51,365 nt of DNA from Candidatus Hodarchaeota archaeon (GCA_048886685.1 JBHLKM010000023.1:1-51365); one strand, 5' to 3'. Shown: positions 1-10,797, counted from the stretch's first letter. The notes: a model not told the origin generated them from the letters alone. Numbers and translations are program-made.

Positions 1-468
1 GATCACACGTTAAGTGGTGTTACACCAGAAATGATAGATTGGTGGTGGGATAATATAGATACGACTGAACGGTATAAATTATGGCACCCAAATGACCATC
101 AATCTTTTCAATGGGAAATATCCCCTATTAAAGGCCATATAGGAGCAATTCATAGGGTTGTTGAAAATATTGGGATCTCTACTACGTTAAGAATCCGATG
201 GGAAGATCCAAGTACTTCACCAATACCAATTGAGTATGATCACGCATTATTAGGGAGTATACTTGATCATAATGATAATCCAACAAGTTGGCTTTTACAC
301 GAATATGAATCAATTGAAAATGGAACGAAGTTACGCACAACATTTCGATTGCCTGCCAGGTTGCCAACACAGTTTATCGAAGCGTTACGTAAGCATAACC
401 AAGAAGAGATTGGTGAATTTGTCAATTTTTTACCCATTTTATTCGAAGAAAACAAGAACTCAACTTAA
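1..468 (+). CDS. DAPG hydrolase (PhlG)-like protein, probably 5'-partial
   Basis: Frame is open from base 1 (DHTLSGVTPEMIDWWW...RYKLWHPNDH). The GVTPEMIDWW and YKLWHP motifs are typical of the family. Confidence 0.75.
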   Translation, partial: DHTLSGVTPEMIDWWWDNIDTTERYKLWHPNDHQSFQWEISPIKGHIGAIHRVVENIGISTTLRIRWEDPSTSPIPIEYDHALLGSILDHNDNPTSWLLHEYESIENGTKLRTTFRLPARLPTQFIEALRKHNQEEIGEFVNFLPILFEENKNST

Positions 469-516
469 TCTCGTTCATAATTTCAAAGGACAGTATCTGA
501 AACGTGTAATAAAGTC

Positions 517-635
517 GATAAACTACGTGAGAACTACGAAACGGTTGAGTTTTTTCAAGTGAGTCGGAATAATCCCTACATTAAGAAATGCGATGAGCTG
601 TGTATATAAAATTAGATAATGAAGGAGTTAAATGA
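517..635 (+). pseudogene. RNase HI C-terminal remnant (copy 1)
   Basis: Translates as DKLRENYETVEFFQVSRNNPYIKKCDELC/(frameshift)LDNEGVK*, homologous to the copies at 1055 and 18173. Confidence 0.6.
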
Positions 636-661
636 TATTTTGAATTCAGTATTTCCTGAAT

Positions 662-870
662 ATTAATCCCGAAATCATCGGAAATATGATAAAAAATATC
701 TATGAAAAGAAAAAAATAAAAAATATTTTAAAATTAAAGATGTTTTAATTCTGAGAGCCTAAAATAGCCAATAATCATCAAGATGAAGCTTGTTATTCCA
801 AGAATCGCTATCACAATAACCGGTATGGCAAAAACAGCAATAGTACCTCCAAGTAATTCCGTTGAGGGTT
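662..870. repeat. Diverged copy of 6381-6582, containing the 3' end (734-870, minus strand) of the 6446-7219 membrane-protein gene
   Basis: Direct alignment from attaatcccgaaatcatcggaaatatgata. The remnant encodes PSTELLGGTIAVFAIPVIVIAILGITSFILMIIGYFRLSELKHL*. Confidence 0.9.
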
Positions 871-875
871 GACTT

Positions 876-1151
876 TTCTTAAATAAATATATTTCTTTTA
901 TAGTTCATTTATTATGGAACTTTATCCTGATATTCAAAAGAACTGAAGCAGAATCAAATTAGTAAAAGGATACAAATCTTTATAAGCTTAAGAAATTTAG
1001 ACCAAAATGTTATTTCAAACTGATAAGTGGAGATTATCTAAGAAATTTCTTACCAATTACCCACATTTATTTGAATTGTATAATGAAATCTACAAGCAGT
1101 CTGAAAAGTATGAGAAAGTTGATTTTTTTCACAGTGAGTAGGAATAATCCA
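876..1151. repeat. Diverged copy of 17956-18260 (first part also at 7266-7336), including RNase HI remnant copy 2 (1055-1151, frameshifted)
   Basis: Shared stretches such as gaagcagaatcaaattagtaaaaggatacaaatctt and caagcagtctgaaaagtatgagaa. Translation NYPHLFELYNEIYKQSEKYEKVDFFH/(+1)VSRNNP. Confidence 0.88.
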
Positions 1152-1288
1152 CAAAGATAATTGGTATTAAAAATCTTATAATCGGCTATTTTAAACCGGA
1201 TATTGGAGGTTTGCACCCGGATTATGTCTTATTATGCCCCAAGTTTGGAATACTTATTGTTGAAATTAAAGATTATTCAGAAAGATAT
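1151..1288 (+). pseudogene. NERD nuclease-domain fragment
   Basis: YFKPDIGGLHPDYVLLCPKFGILIVEIKDY matches the NERD PD...GhhhhEhK motif. It has no proper N-terminus, and the frame runs into the convergent gene. Confidence 0.6.
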
Positions 1289-1316
1289 CCAAATTTCCCA
1301 ACTCTTACCTTTATAA

Positions 1317-2078
1317 TTATGATTTCTCAATTGTATTTTTCTCTTTTGAAAAGAGAAATTTCAGAAATTTTCCAAATTTCTTGTACTTGGGAAAAATGGC
1401 ACCAGTTTCTTTAATATACTGTTGATGTTTCACTCCAAATCTTCTTATCAGCTCCCTATCTTCACATTTCATCGCAACCAAAAAAGGTATAAAAGAAATC
1501 ATAGCAATAAGAAAAGCAAATAGGTTATTTTTTAAAAATGCGAAACCTAAAGCAAGGCATAAATCTCCCGCATACATAGGATGTCGAATCAATGAGTAGA
1601 TATTGGAATCAATTCGAGTTCCTTCTTCCGGATATAACATATATATTCCAAGACCATGTCCAATTTCACTGAAACCAGAATTGCGAAGATGCCATTCGAA
1701 TAAAAATCGCATGAAAATAAAAAAAATTCCAAAAATTATAGCAAGCCATAGAGGAAATAAAGCTGGTCCCTTTACCAAAAGAATATTAAAAATACCAGCA
1801 TTTCCAGTTATAAGCATCAATATTACAATATGGAAGAAGAAATACCGATATGCTACATCTCCGTATTTTTTTTTATATTTGCTTGCCATTGTTGTAAAAC
1901 GATATATAAAAATTGAGGCTATAAGCGCAATAATTGACTGACTAATAAAAATCCCATACCATATCAACCTACCAAACCACCAGAAAAAAATCATAATACC
2001 TAGGAAAATAAGCAATCCAATAATAATAATAATCATTGTTTTTAATGGGCTCCTAAACTCTGGAACCTTCATTTTCAA
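1317..2078 (-). CDS. ICMT/PEMT-family membrane methyltransferase
   Basis: Multiple TM helices, IYSLIRHPMYAG motif, EDRELIRRFG..HQQY C-terminus. Confidence 0.85.
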   Translation of the reverse strand: MKMKVPEFRSPLKTMIIIIIGLLIFLGIMIFFWWFGRLIWYGIFISQSIIALIASIFIYRFTTMASKYKKKYGDVAYRYFFFHIVILMLITGNAGIFNILLVKGPALFPLWLAIIFGIFFIFMRFLFEWHLRNSGFSEIGHGLGIYMLYPEEGTRIDSNIYSLIRHPMYAGDLCLALGFAFLKNNLFAFLIAMISFIPFLVAMKCEDRELIRRFGVKHQQYIKETGAIFPKYKKFGKFLKFLFSKEKNTIEKS

Positions 2079-2139
2079 TAGGTCAAAACCTTTTTTCTGA
2101 TCCGTGTTTATCCCTTCTCATAATTGTTATCTTATTAAT

Positions 2140-3222
2140 TTATAGACTAGGTGGACAACCTGCAATAAATTCTCCATGATAAAGGTTTTTGGAACAGTTC
2201 CCAAAGAGAAAGATTTTTCCTTCAATATCTTCTTTCACATTCATGTTTTTACCCATAATGAAAGAAATCCTCTCTTTCTTTAATCTTGATTTCAATATAC
2301 GTAAAATTAAACCTAATTTATAATGATTGTTGTACCTTTTTGGAACTAAATAGTACACTAATGCAGATACACAATAACTACAACAATCATTAGCATAAAT
2401 ATCAATTTTACCAAAGCTGAATTTATCTTTTGGTGCGTTCCACTTTGCTAAAGATTCATAATCTCCAATTATTTCATAATTAAGCGGTTCTTTTTCAATA
2501 AGCGTTTTTAAGTATGGGATTTTATTTATATCAAAACCTACAAGTTTTGCGCAAAAATCATCAATAATAACCGGGTTTTTACTACAGATTAATAAATTAA
2601 ATTTAAATTTTTTTGATAGAAAATCCCCTTCGCATTCTTGACATGTAATCGCATCCACTAAAGTTAATTCCGGTTTTAAATTCACAAGAGTAGATAAATG
2701 TTCATGTAAACCATCTCTATGAAATTTTTTCTTATCTGATCGATCCAATAAACCTTTTAAGTTTTTAACTGCACATGTTAAGCCCACTTGTCCGTGACCT
2801 TTTAATACTGGAAGGTTTATCAAAGATCTCCCTTCTAAAATTTCAGAAACCTTAAAGTTATTGTCGAATTTCTTAAATTTTGTTTGATAAATATCCACTA
2901 AAGAGACGTTATTATATTTTTTCTTTAATTTAGTATATCCGACATACTCGAATAACTCCATAGGATTTTCCAGATGTAAAGTTGGTCCCTCAGCAATAAT
3001 TATCTTTTTCGCATTATAATATTCATTCAATATCTCTACTACAGCCCTAATAATTCTGATATCAGTGATATGCCCAGATCCCGACTTAAATTTTGCTACG
3101 ATATTAGGTTTTAAAACAAATTCATTAGAACTAGGTTTAAAGTCTACTGTTTCTAAGCAATATTTAATTCTATTTTGTAAGTTTTTCGACTCAACGATTA
3201 CTAATTTATCCATTTTAACCAA
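2140..3222 (-). CDS. DUF362-domain (Fe-S) protein
   Basis: VLKPNI, AEG, INLPVLKGH..T.AVKNL.G, K.FH and a C-terminal GCPP. Confidence 0.85.
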   Translation of the reverse strand: MVKMDKLVIVESKNLQNRIKYCLETVDFKPSSNEFVLKPNIVAKFKSGSGHITDIRIIRAVVEILNEYYNAKKIIIAEGPTLHLENPMELFEYVGYTKLKKKYNNVSLVDIYQTKFKKFDNNFKVSEILEGRSLINLPVLKGHGQVGLTCAVKNLKGLLDRSDKKKFHRDGLHEHLSTLVNLKPELTLVDAITCQECEGDFLSKKFKFNLLICSKNPVIIDDFCAKLVGFDINKIPYLKTLIEKEPLNYEIIGDYESLAKWNAPKDKFSFGKIDIYANDCCSYCVSALVYYLVPKRYNNHYKLGLILRILKSRLKKERISFIMGKNMNVKEDIEGKIFLFGNCSKNLYHGEFIAGCPPSL

Positions 3223-3362
3223 CCCCGAAAAATAATTAAAGATATAAAATAATCAACAAAAGTTATTAGTTTTTATTTTAAAATCTGTAAATTATTTTTT
3301 TTATTTACTATTCAAAATAAATAAACACTAATTAATAAAGAAATCAGTAAAAAGAAATTCAG

Positions 3363-3404
3363 ATACTTTACAGTTTTAAAGTATATATCATTATTGTAAA
3401 GTAT
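3363..3404. promoter_or_regulatory. Putative operator of the HxlR regulator
   Basis: Inverted repeat ATACTTTA-n6-TAAAGTAT (3363-3384) plus a third half-site GTAAAGTAT (3396-3404), in the divergent promoter region. Confidence 0.55.
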
Positions 3405-3425
3405 AAAAAAAAATGTGAAATTAAC

Positions 3426-3848
3426 TTGGATGAAATCAACTCTAAAAAAATTAAACCTTTAGATAAATTACTAAAGGATTCAAGAAATTTAGTTAAAGAG
3501 CTAATGGATTCACATTTTGAAAATATTAAGCACGATGAAGAACGTAAAATTGTAGAAATGAAGTTCTTTTTAAAGACGTTTGAATTTATTAGAAAAAAAT
3601 GGAACGTACAAATATTATATGAATTAGAGATTCATTCAGGAATGAATTTTAATGAAATGATGCGTCATATGGAAGGTATCTCTTCACGTTCATTATCAGA
3701 TCGTCTTAAACAACTTGAGGATCTTAATTTAATAACAAGAACTGTCCAAGATGGCCGACCCCCTAAAGTTTTATACGAATTAAGCGAAAAAGGTCAAGGT
3801 ATTATCGAGCTAATCCAATTCATTATTCTTTATTTAACAGGGATATAA
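3426..3848 (+). CDS. HxlR-family winged-helix transcriptional regulator
   Basis: KKW...IL..L, FNE, GISSRSLSDRLKQLE, PPKVLYELSEKG. Confidence 0.9.
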   Translation: MDEINSKKIKPLDKLLKDSRNLVKELMDSHFENIKHDEERKIVEMKFFLKTFEFIRKKWNVQILYELEIHSGMNFNEMMRHMEGISSRSLSDRLKQLEDLNLITRTVQDGRPPKVLYELSEKGQGIIELIQFIILYLTGI

Positions 3849-4256
3849 ATCTTTTTCTTTAAAAACCTTGAAAAGATTAAAAATTTGAAATCGATTATTG
3901 TTTTTAATACTTTTAATAGAGTGTTTTTCTCATCTGTGGATAAATCTTATACCTTAAGTGTTATAGTATAAGAGAATCCAGATCAAAGTTTATAATAATA
4001 TCTCATATCTTTGCACTATTATTAGAAAAGTAAAATCTATAATTAGTGTAGCAGTATATTAGGAAGAAAGAGACTCCAATATTGGCTAGTAGCTTAGTAA
4101 GTGACAAAAACAATGGATTTAGTACTTATATTAATAAAAAACAAGTTATTTCGTTATCAAATTTTGAGGGTTTATTAGAAGTAGAAATCGAAAGTTAATA
4201 TAAAAATTAATGTATTTAAAAAAGCTTATTATTAACTATTTAAAAAGTGTAATAAA

Positions 4257-4700
4257 ATGAAAACACTTAGGGAATCTATTGAAATAAATGTTCCTCCTGA
4301 AATTATTTGGGATTGGTTCTTACATATTGCAGAAAATTACCTTGAATGGCATCCTTCTTACATAAGAGCTAATTGGGAAACAGAGATAGTTAGTAAACTC
4401 GGCTCTATTTTGTATGCTGAAGAAGTTATTAATAAAGATTTTTTAAAAATGAGATCTATGGTGACGAAACTTATTCCAAACAGACTATATAGATTTAAGA
4501 CTTTAGGGGTTTTAAAACTCTTATTAGCAGGTGGTTCTTTTGAAATAGAACCTTCTGAAAATGGAAGCATTTTTACTGCAAATCTAGATTTTCATATGGG
4601 GAAATTACTTTCGAAACTTGTTAAGAAGAAAGTGCAACAAATATCCCAACACATGATCGAAGAAGGTCAAAATTTGAAAAAGATTTTGGAAAAACCTTAA
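4257..4700 (+). CDS. SRPBCC/START-fold protein (paralog of 47592-48032)
   Basis: SIEINVPPE.IWDW..Y.EWHP and EEG.NLKKILE; highly similar to the second copy. Confidence 0.75.
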   Translation: MKTLRESIEINVPPEIIWDWFLHIAENYLEWHPSYIRANWETEIVSKLGSILYAEEVINKDFLKMRSMVTKLIPNRLYRFKTLGVLKLLLAGGSFEIEPSENGSIFTANLDFHMGKLLSKLVKKKVQQISQHMIEEGQNLKKILEKP

Positions 4701-4871
4701 AGTGAATAAAGTTTTTCCCTTATTTTTTTTTTAGCATATCTACGTGTTTGTGATCTCCAACGCAAATTGACAATTACATTATAAAGAGTAATAAGTAGAG
4801 ACTTTTTCTTTAAAAAAACGAAAAAAGATAAGGAGGCTAGAAATACAACGTATTAAAAAATCAGAAATTGA

Positions 4872-6074
4872 TTATTGGATTCGACCTTTCAAATCTTCTG
4901 GTGAAAATGGTCCTGGATCTGCAATTAATTCTCGGGCTTCATCCACTTTTTCCCAAACATTCCATAAGAGGACTCCTTGAACACGTCCCTCCTTTAAGTA
5001 ATATATTACGCCTTCTTCAAAGGGTTCTTTCCAATCTTCCACTATTTCTAATTTTGAGTTTAAAATCCCTACTGCTTCATAGCCAAGTTCGAATAAGTCA
5101 GAGTAGAATAAGGATAAATGATCAAAGGGGATTTCTTTTCCTGTCATATTTCCACCTGCAATCTCCCCCATCATAAGTGCGTTATCTTCATGTTCCACAC
5201 GAATATATTTATCTAATGCCGCATTATGATAAATTGCAACATCTCCAGCAGCATAAATATCAGGATCATTAGTCTGGAGATACTTATTTACCAAAATTCC
5301 ATCCTTAACTTCTAAATTTGCTTCTTCTGCGAGTTTTATATTAGGTTTAATTCCTAATCCAGCAATTACCGTATCAAACTTAAGTTTTTTTCCGCTTTTA
5401 GTTTCAACCAAATAAATTTTATCCCGTTTTGTAATGCTAGTTACTAAATCATCTGCTATGACTGTAATATCATTTTCCCGGTAATAATCATTTAAATAAT
5501 TGCTTAATATTTTAGGAAAAATTAATGCGCAAATTCCACTCTCAGGAAAAATCATAGTTACTTTTGCATCTGATTTATACATTTTTATTGCTGCCGCTAT
5601 TTCTGATCCAATAAAACCACCCCCAATGACTCCGAAAGTATTGTTTTTATCAACAAGGGCTTTCAATTTCTTATAATCCGAGAGAGTGCGGTAATATATT
5701 AATCCTTTTTCTTCAACATTAGGGAGCTTTCTAGGCGTGCCACCTGTTGCAATCAAGAGTTTTGTATATGAATATACATTCCCTTTTTCATCCATAATTT
5801 TTTTATTAGGACGATCAATTTTCGTCGCTATCTGACCAAGATGCATTTCAAGACTAGCTTCACTTGTCCCCAAATCAATATCCTCAAGTTCTTCATCACC
5901 TGTCCAAAGTGCTTTGGAAAGTGGAGGACGTGCATAAGGAGGATCATCTTCGCTACTAATTAAACCAATGGTTCCTTTGGGATCATTATCACGAATACTA
6001 TGAGCTGCCGCATCAGCAGTCATTCCTCCTCCAATAATTAAATATTTATAAGTATAACTGGTCATCTCGTTCAA
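4872..6074 (-). CDS. FAD/NAD(P)-dependent oxidoreductase, AIF-like ferredoxin-reductase family
   Basis: IIGGG, PPYARPPLSK.LW, ATGG, GGGFIGSE, AAGDVA, RVEH, FYSDL..GYEAVG, GVLLWNV. Confidence 0.88.
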   Translation of the reverse strand: MNEMTSYTYKYLIIGGGMTADAAAHSIRDNDPKGTIGLISSEDDPPYARPPLSKALWTGDEELEDIDLGTSEASLEMHLGQIATKIDRPNKKIMDEKGNVYSYTKLLIATGGTPRKLPNVEEKGLIYYRTLSDYKKLKALVDKNNTFGVIGGGFIGSEIAAAIKMYKSDAKVTMIFPESGICALIFPKILSNYLNDYYRENDITVIADDLVTSITKRDKIYLVETKSGKKLKFDTVIAGLGIKPNIKLAEEANLEVKDGILVNKYLQTNDPDIYAAGDVAIYHNAALDKYIRVEHEDNALMMGEIAGGNMTGKEIPFDHLSLFYSDLFELGYEAVGILNSKLEIVEDWKEPFEEGVIYYLKEGRVQGVLLWNVWEKVDEARELIADPGPFSPEDLKGRIQ

Positions 6075-6445
6075 TAAAACCTCTTTTGTAGTTTTTCAGA
6101 TTAAAATCTTTCGTACACTTAGAATTTCTCATAAGTTTGTTTTAAGTATGAATAGTATAGGTTTATTTATTTACCTATATCTAATAAAATATTAGCGAAT
6201 ATAATTTCCATAGATAATGAACAATAATTCTAAAATTTAAGAAAATTAAATTTAAATGATAAATTAAATAAAATTTAAAACCAGCTTAGCTTATTCTCTT
6301 AATTGGAGATAGATACGTTGAATTAATTTGTTTATTTATGAATGTTTTATTTAGATTTAACATAAAGATTTTCAGTTTAAATTAATCCCGAAATCATCGG
6401 AAATATGATAAATATGAAAAGAAAAAAATAAAAAATATTTTAAAA

Positions 6446-7219
6446 TTAAAGGTGTTTTAATTCTGAAAGCTTGAAGTAACCAATAATCATTAAAATGAAG
6501 CTTATTATTCCAAGAACAGCTATCGCAATAACCGGTACGGCAAAAGCAGCAATAATACCTCCAAGTAATTCCATTGAGGGTTCAGTCTCTTCAATGAAAT
6601 GAATAACCAATTCTTCGATTTGAGGAAACATAAAAATCGCAATCAGGACCATAATAGCGCCAATTATGAGTGAAATAAGAAGATAAAGATACGCTTTCTT
6701 TATTTTTGCAGATCCTTCTATAGCTTTTGGCGCAACAGTATTTGGGAATAATCCAGAATTCCTTTCTAAGAATATATGGAATTCTCCCCATGCGATCGTC
6801 AGTAATCCTAACGAAACAGCCCCAACGGGAAGTCCTCCTGCCAATAAAACCACCAAAAGGATTCTAATTAATGGAGCTATATCTTGAAATTCCGATACTG
6901 TAATGGGATCGCTTATAGTAAATCCGGGGAGTGCTGAAATAAAAAGAAATCCTACGATAACACCAATAACGATAATAATCAGTGCTCCAACAATCCCAAC
7001 GATTACTGCATATATGATATATTTTCGAAACTTCTCTAGCTTTTCGTTTCCTAATTCTAAATTTGCGTCTCTGATATCTCTAAGCGATAAAAGCATAATA
7101 ATAAACATTACCAAGTTAATAAATCCCCCTGTAAAAATACTTATTATAGAAAGTATCGCTAGAACATACATCTTAATGCCAAAATCTTCAAATTGCCTTG
7201 TAAAATTCGATTTTTCCAT
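6446..7219 (-). CDS. Multi-pass membrane protein (possibly DUF996/DUF973-like)
   Basis: About 6 hydrophobic helices; GGAG-like RBS upstream. Confidence 0.65.
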   Translation of the reverse strand: MEKSNFTRQFEDFGIKMYVLAILSIISIFTGGFINLVMFIIMLLSLRDIRDANLELGNEKLEKFRKYIIYAVIVGIVGALIIIVIGVIVGFLFISALPGFTISDPITVSEFQDIAPLIRILLVVLLAGGLPVGAVSLGLLTIAWGEFHIFLERNSGLFPNTVAPKAIEGSAKIKKAYLYLLISLIIGAIMVLIAIFMFPQIEELVIHFIEETEPSMELLGGIIAAFAVPVIAIAVLGIISFILMIIGYFKLSELKHL

Positions 7220-7433
7220 AGCATTTTCTCCTTTATAAAATATTGTTTTGAATCAAGTGAATCTATTCCTAAATAAATATTTTTCTTTTATAGTCCATAT
7301 ATTATGGATCTTTATCGTGCTATTCAAAAGAAGTGATAATCTGAGTTTCAAGAGTCCATATTTTCCATAATAAAACTTATGAATTAATATCAGATTAAAT
7401 AACTTAACATAAAAACCGAAAAAATCGATAAAT

Positions 7434-9056
7434 ATGGTACTTGAAAAGTTAGAGCCGGAATTGGTGTGGTCGATATTTGAAAATATTATTGCTGCCACTC
7501 CTCATATTTCATATCATGAAGAAGAATTGCGTAATAGGTTAAAGGAATATGTTAGAGTAAAATCGAAAGAAAATGATTTATGTATTACTATTCTACAGGA
7601 TGATAAAGGGAATGTTTTATTTAGAAGACCTGCTTCGGAAGGCTTAGAATCCATTCCATCTTTGTGTTTGCAAGCACATTTGGATATGGTTCCTGCGACT
7701 GATTTACCAGATGGATTTGATTTTTTGAAGAATCCGATACAACCTCATATCCAAGAAAATAAAGAGTGGGTGGATGCAATAGGAACGAATATTGGGGGTG
7801 ATGATGGAATTGGGATTGCTCTCGCTCTGGCACTATTGGTGGATCCCTCAATAACATATAAGCATGGGTCACTAGAAGTTCTTGCAACAGTAGAGGAAGA
7901 AGTTGGGTGTTTAGGTGGGAAGGAACTCGGGGTGGATCAACTTGACATGCAAGATACCAAATATTTGATCAATTTGGACGGGACTTGGACGGGTACAATT
8001 GGATTTGGGAATGCTGCGGGAGGTAGTTTATTTTTCAACAAAAAATTTAATCGATTACCTAGAGATGATGAATTTTATACATATTTGCATCTTTCTGTAT
8101 CAGGTTTAATCTCTGGGCATCCTGGTAGTGAAATCCATCTCCCACGTGGGAATGCGATAAAAATTATATCCAGAATACTTACTTATGTTTCCCAAGAAAT
8201 AGAAATAGAAATAGGCAATTGGAATGGAGGAAGCCCTTCTATTATTGCAAAAACTAGTGATGTAATAATAAGGGTGAAAAATGAATATTATGCTAAAATT
8301 GAGAAATTATTATCAAAAGTTAAACAGAATATTCTTCGCTATTACCAAAATCAGGAAGAAGATTGGCAGTTTGAGCCTAATATGAAAATAGAATGGGAGG
8401 ATACTCAACCTGTTAAGGTTTTTTCTATTAAAGATTCGAAAATAATCATCTCGACGTTAAATATCATCCCTCATGGTCCTCTTGAGATATCTCCTTATTC
8501 TCTCAATAAATTATATGCTATGTACCTTTCAGGTAAGCCTGTAGAAGTTTCAGATAACGTCACATTGTCAAGCAATCTTCAAATGGTTAGAACTCAAGCT
8601 AATAAAATTATCATTACAATACGTTTTCAAGGGAATGATAGTGAGGAATTTGAAAGACTTTTTCACATTCTGAAACAAATAGGAGAGATTACAAATTGGG
8701 AGATCGAGTATTCAGAATTTCGTCCGGCTTGGAATTCATCTAAGAATTCCAGTTTTGTCCAATTCGTGAAGGAACAGTATAAGAATCGATATAACGCATA
8801 TAAGTTAAAATATCCGGAGTTAGGCTCTAATCATATCAATCTTTTCCGTTTTCATTGGGGGATGGAAACCTCTTATTTTCCAGAAAGGTTACCGGGAATA
8901 AATATGGTGTCTATCGGACCGGATGTTCAATATACTCATTCACCAAGAGAACGGATTCATATTCCGAGTGTAGAGTTGTTGTATAACATTCTCAATGATA
9001 TTTTAAAGAATTTCAAATCGATGTTCTCAATTGCTAACAAACTAAACAAGTTTTAA
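7434..9056 (+). CDS. pepD: Aminoacyl-histidine dipeptidase-like M20 peptidase
   Basis: LEP..VW..F, LQAHLDMV, GGDDG, TVEEEVG, LINLD, GH.G.EI, SIGP..HSPRER. Confidence 0.8.
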   Translation: MVLEKLEPELVWSIFENIIAATPHISYHEEELRNRLKEYVRVKSKENDLCITILQDDKGNVLFRRPASEGLESIPSLCLQAHLDMVPATDLPDGFDFLKNPIQPHIQENKEWVDAIGTNIGGDDGIGIALALALLVDPSITYKHGSLEVLATVEEEVGCLGGKELGVDQLDMQDTKYLINLDGTWTGTIGFGNAAGGSLFFNKKFNRLPRDDEFYTYLHLSVSGLISGHPGSEIHLPRGNAIKIISRILTYVSQEIEIEIGNWNGGSPSIIAKTSDVIIRVKNEYYAKIEKLLSKVKQNILRYYQNQEEDWQFEPNMKIEWEDTQPVKVFSIKDSKIIISTLNIIPHGPLEISPYSLNKLYAMYLSGKPVEVSDNVTLSSNLQMVRTQANKIIITIRFQGNDSEEFERLFHILKQIGEITNWEIEYSEFRPAWNSSKNSSFVQFVKEQYKNRYNAYKLKYPELGSNHINLFRFHWGMETSYFPERLPGINMVSIGPDVQYTHSPRERIHIPSVELLYNILNDILKNFKSMFSIANKLNKF

Positions 9057-9147
9057 TCCAAACAAATTTCTTCTTAAATTCTTTCGAAAATTTAAAATTA
9101 ATTCTATAAATAAGTTAATACAAATTTAAATCATAATTAAAGTAAAA

Positions 9148-9651
9148 ATGAACAGAGTGACCTCGATTAATAAACGAGGAGTAGGGAAAGAACATCCAAG
9201 AAGTAGTTTAATACAATTATCAGCAGCGATTATTTTTTTTCTTATATGGATTTTAGATTCTTTTATTTTCATGTTTTCCACAATATTAACCCAATATATT
9301 CCATTTATTATCCAGCTTATTTTATTTTTAATTCTCTTAATTATAGGCCTTGTTTTAATATTTACAACAGGTCACATTTTGTTTCATGGAGAAGATCCAT
9401 CAAAGTTAATAAAAACAGGTATTTTTTCTCATACAAGGCATCCATTATATCTCGGTGTTCTCGTAACATATCTAGGGCTTGTATTTTTATCACTATCGTT
9501 GCTCTCAATTATAGGATTTATAATTGTCTTTGTTTTATATAATTGGATCGCTACTTTTGAGGAGATTGATCTTGAAGAAATTTTTAAAAAAGAATATTTA
9601 GAATACAAAAAAAAGGTCCCTAAATGGATCCCATCTATTAAAAAACGATAA
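9148..9651 (+). CDS. ICMT/PEMT-family membrane methyltransferase
   Basis: LIKTGIFSHTRHPLYLG, EE..L...F..EY.EYKKKVPKWIP. Confidence 0.85.
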   Translation: MNRVTSINKRGVGKEHPRSSLIQLSAAIIFFLIWILDSFIFMFSTILTQYIPFIIQLILFLILLIIGLVLIFTTGHILFHGEDPSKLIKTGIFSHTRHPLYLGVLVTYLGLVFLSLSLLSIIGFIIVFVLYNWIATFEEIDLEEIFKKEYLEYKKKVPKWIPSIKKR

Positions 9652-10039
9652 ATTCCCTTGATATTTTATCAACTGTTTCACGAATATTATATATTTAACA
9701 GTCCATAGTAATCAAAATATTCTAGTTCTACTTAGTAATGGTGAAATTTTAGCTTAGATTCAACAAAAGCAGAAATTGTATGGTTCAATTCATGTAGTTA
9801 TCTCACCCGTACGAGGAACCTGATAAATTTAACGAACATTGCTTAAATTTCTGTAAATAATTCCTTAAAATTCTCTTAAGAAATTTATAATTAAAGGATA
9901 AGTGTGTTGTTTAATGAGTAAAAAGATTCAGGATCATTTTTTAAAGATTTGTATACTTGACTTAAATCAATTTCCTTGTGAAAGATATGAAAGACTGAAA
10001 GATTGTAAAAATATAAATTATTTTTGAAAAAGGAGAATT

Positions 10040-10573
10040 TTATTTCTTTCTTTTCACAAGTTTAATAACAATGACTAATAATATAGCCGCACTAAATCCT
10101 ATAAAAAAAGAAATAATCTCGTCTTTATATTTTAGAAAAAAATTCTCTTCTGCATCATTAGGACTTGGTAAATAAACATCTATTTCCATATCATATTGTG
10201 TCGAACCACTTGAACATGTAACTAATATTAGGTAAAAACCCGTATTGGATGCAATAATAGAGGCGCTCTCAATATCATTTGTTGTTTGTGAATTATTCAA
10301 CTCAAAGATAGTGCTATTAAAAAGTAGTAATTGTAAATTAGCTTCACTATTGTTGAAACGAATAGTTACTTCAAAAGTATAGTTTTCATATACATAGACT
10401 TTATACCAATCATCATCCGACCAATTAAGATTTGAAAAATCACCCTTCATTATTTCGGCTGCATTAGCTGGGATATCATTATCTTCATAACTATCGTCAG
10501 CAAATACTATTGGAGTATAAAAAAGAATTATAGAAAATACTAATCCGATAAGTATAAACCCTTTTTTTTTCAT
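10040..10573 (-). CDS. Secreted, C-terminally anchored PPC-like beta-domain protein
   Basis: Signal peptide, DDSYEDND, DDDWYKV, C-terminal TM helix followed by KRKK. Confidence 0.65.
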   Translation of the reverse strand: MKKKGFILIGLVFSIILFYTPIVFADDSYEDNDIPANAAEIMKGDFSNLNWSDDDWYKVYVYENYTFEVTIRFNNSEANLQLLLFNSTIFELNNSQTTNDIESASIIASNTGFYLILVTCSSGSTQYDMEIDVYLPSPNDAEENFFLKYKDEIISFFIGFSAAILLVIVIKLVKRKK

Positions 10574-10797
10574 TTCTTATACGATTAAAATGTTGATAAA
10601 AAGAAGAATATAATTATACTACTAATTAAAATAAACGTATTTAAGTATTTACAAAATTGAAACTATAAAATATAACCATTTCACGAAAAATTATAAATAT
10701 CGTGTAATAAACTTAGATAGCCCCATTTTCCATAGCCTAAGTATTATTCCCATTTAAATAGAAGTAAAATAAGTTTAAATTAAATAACTTTGAAATA

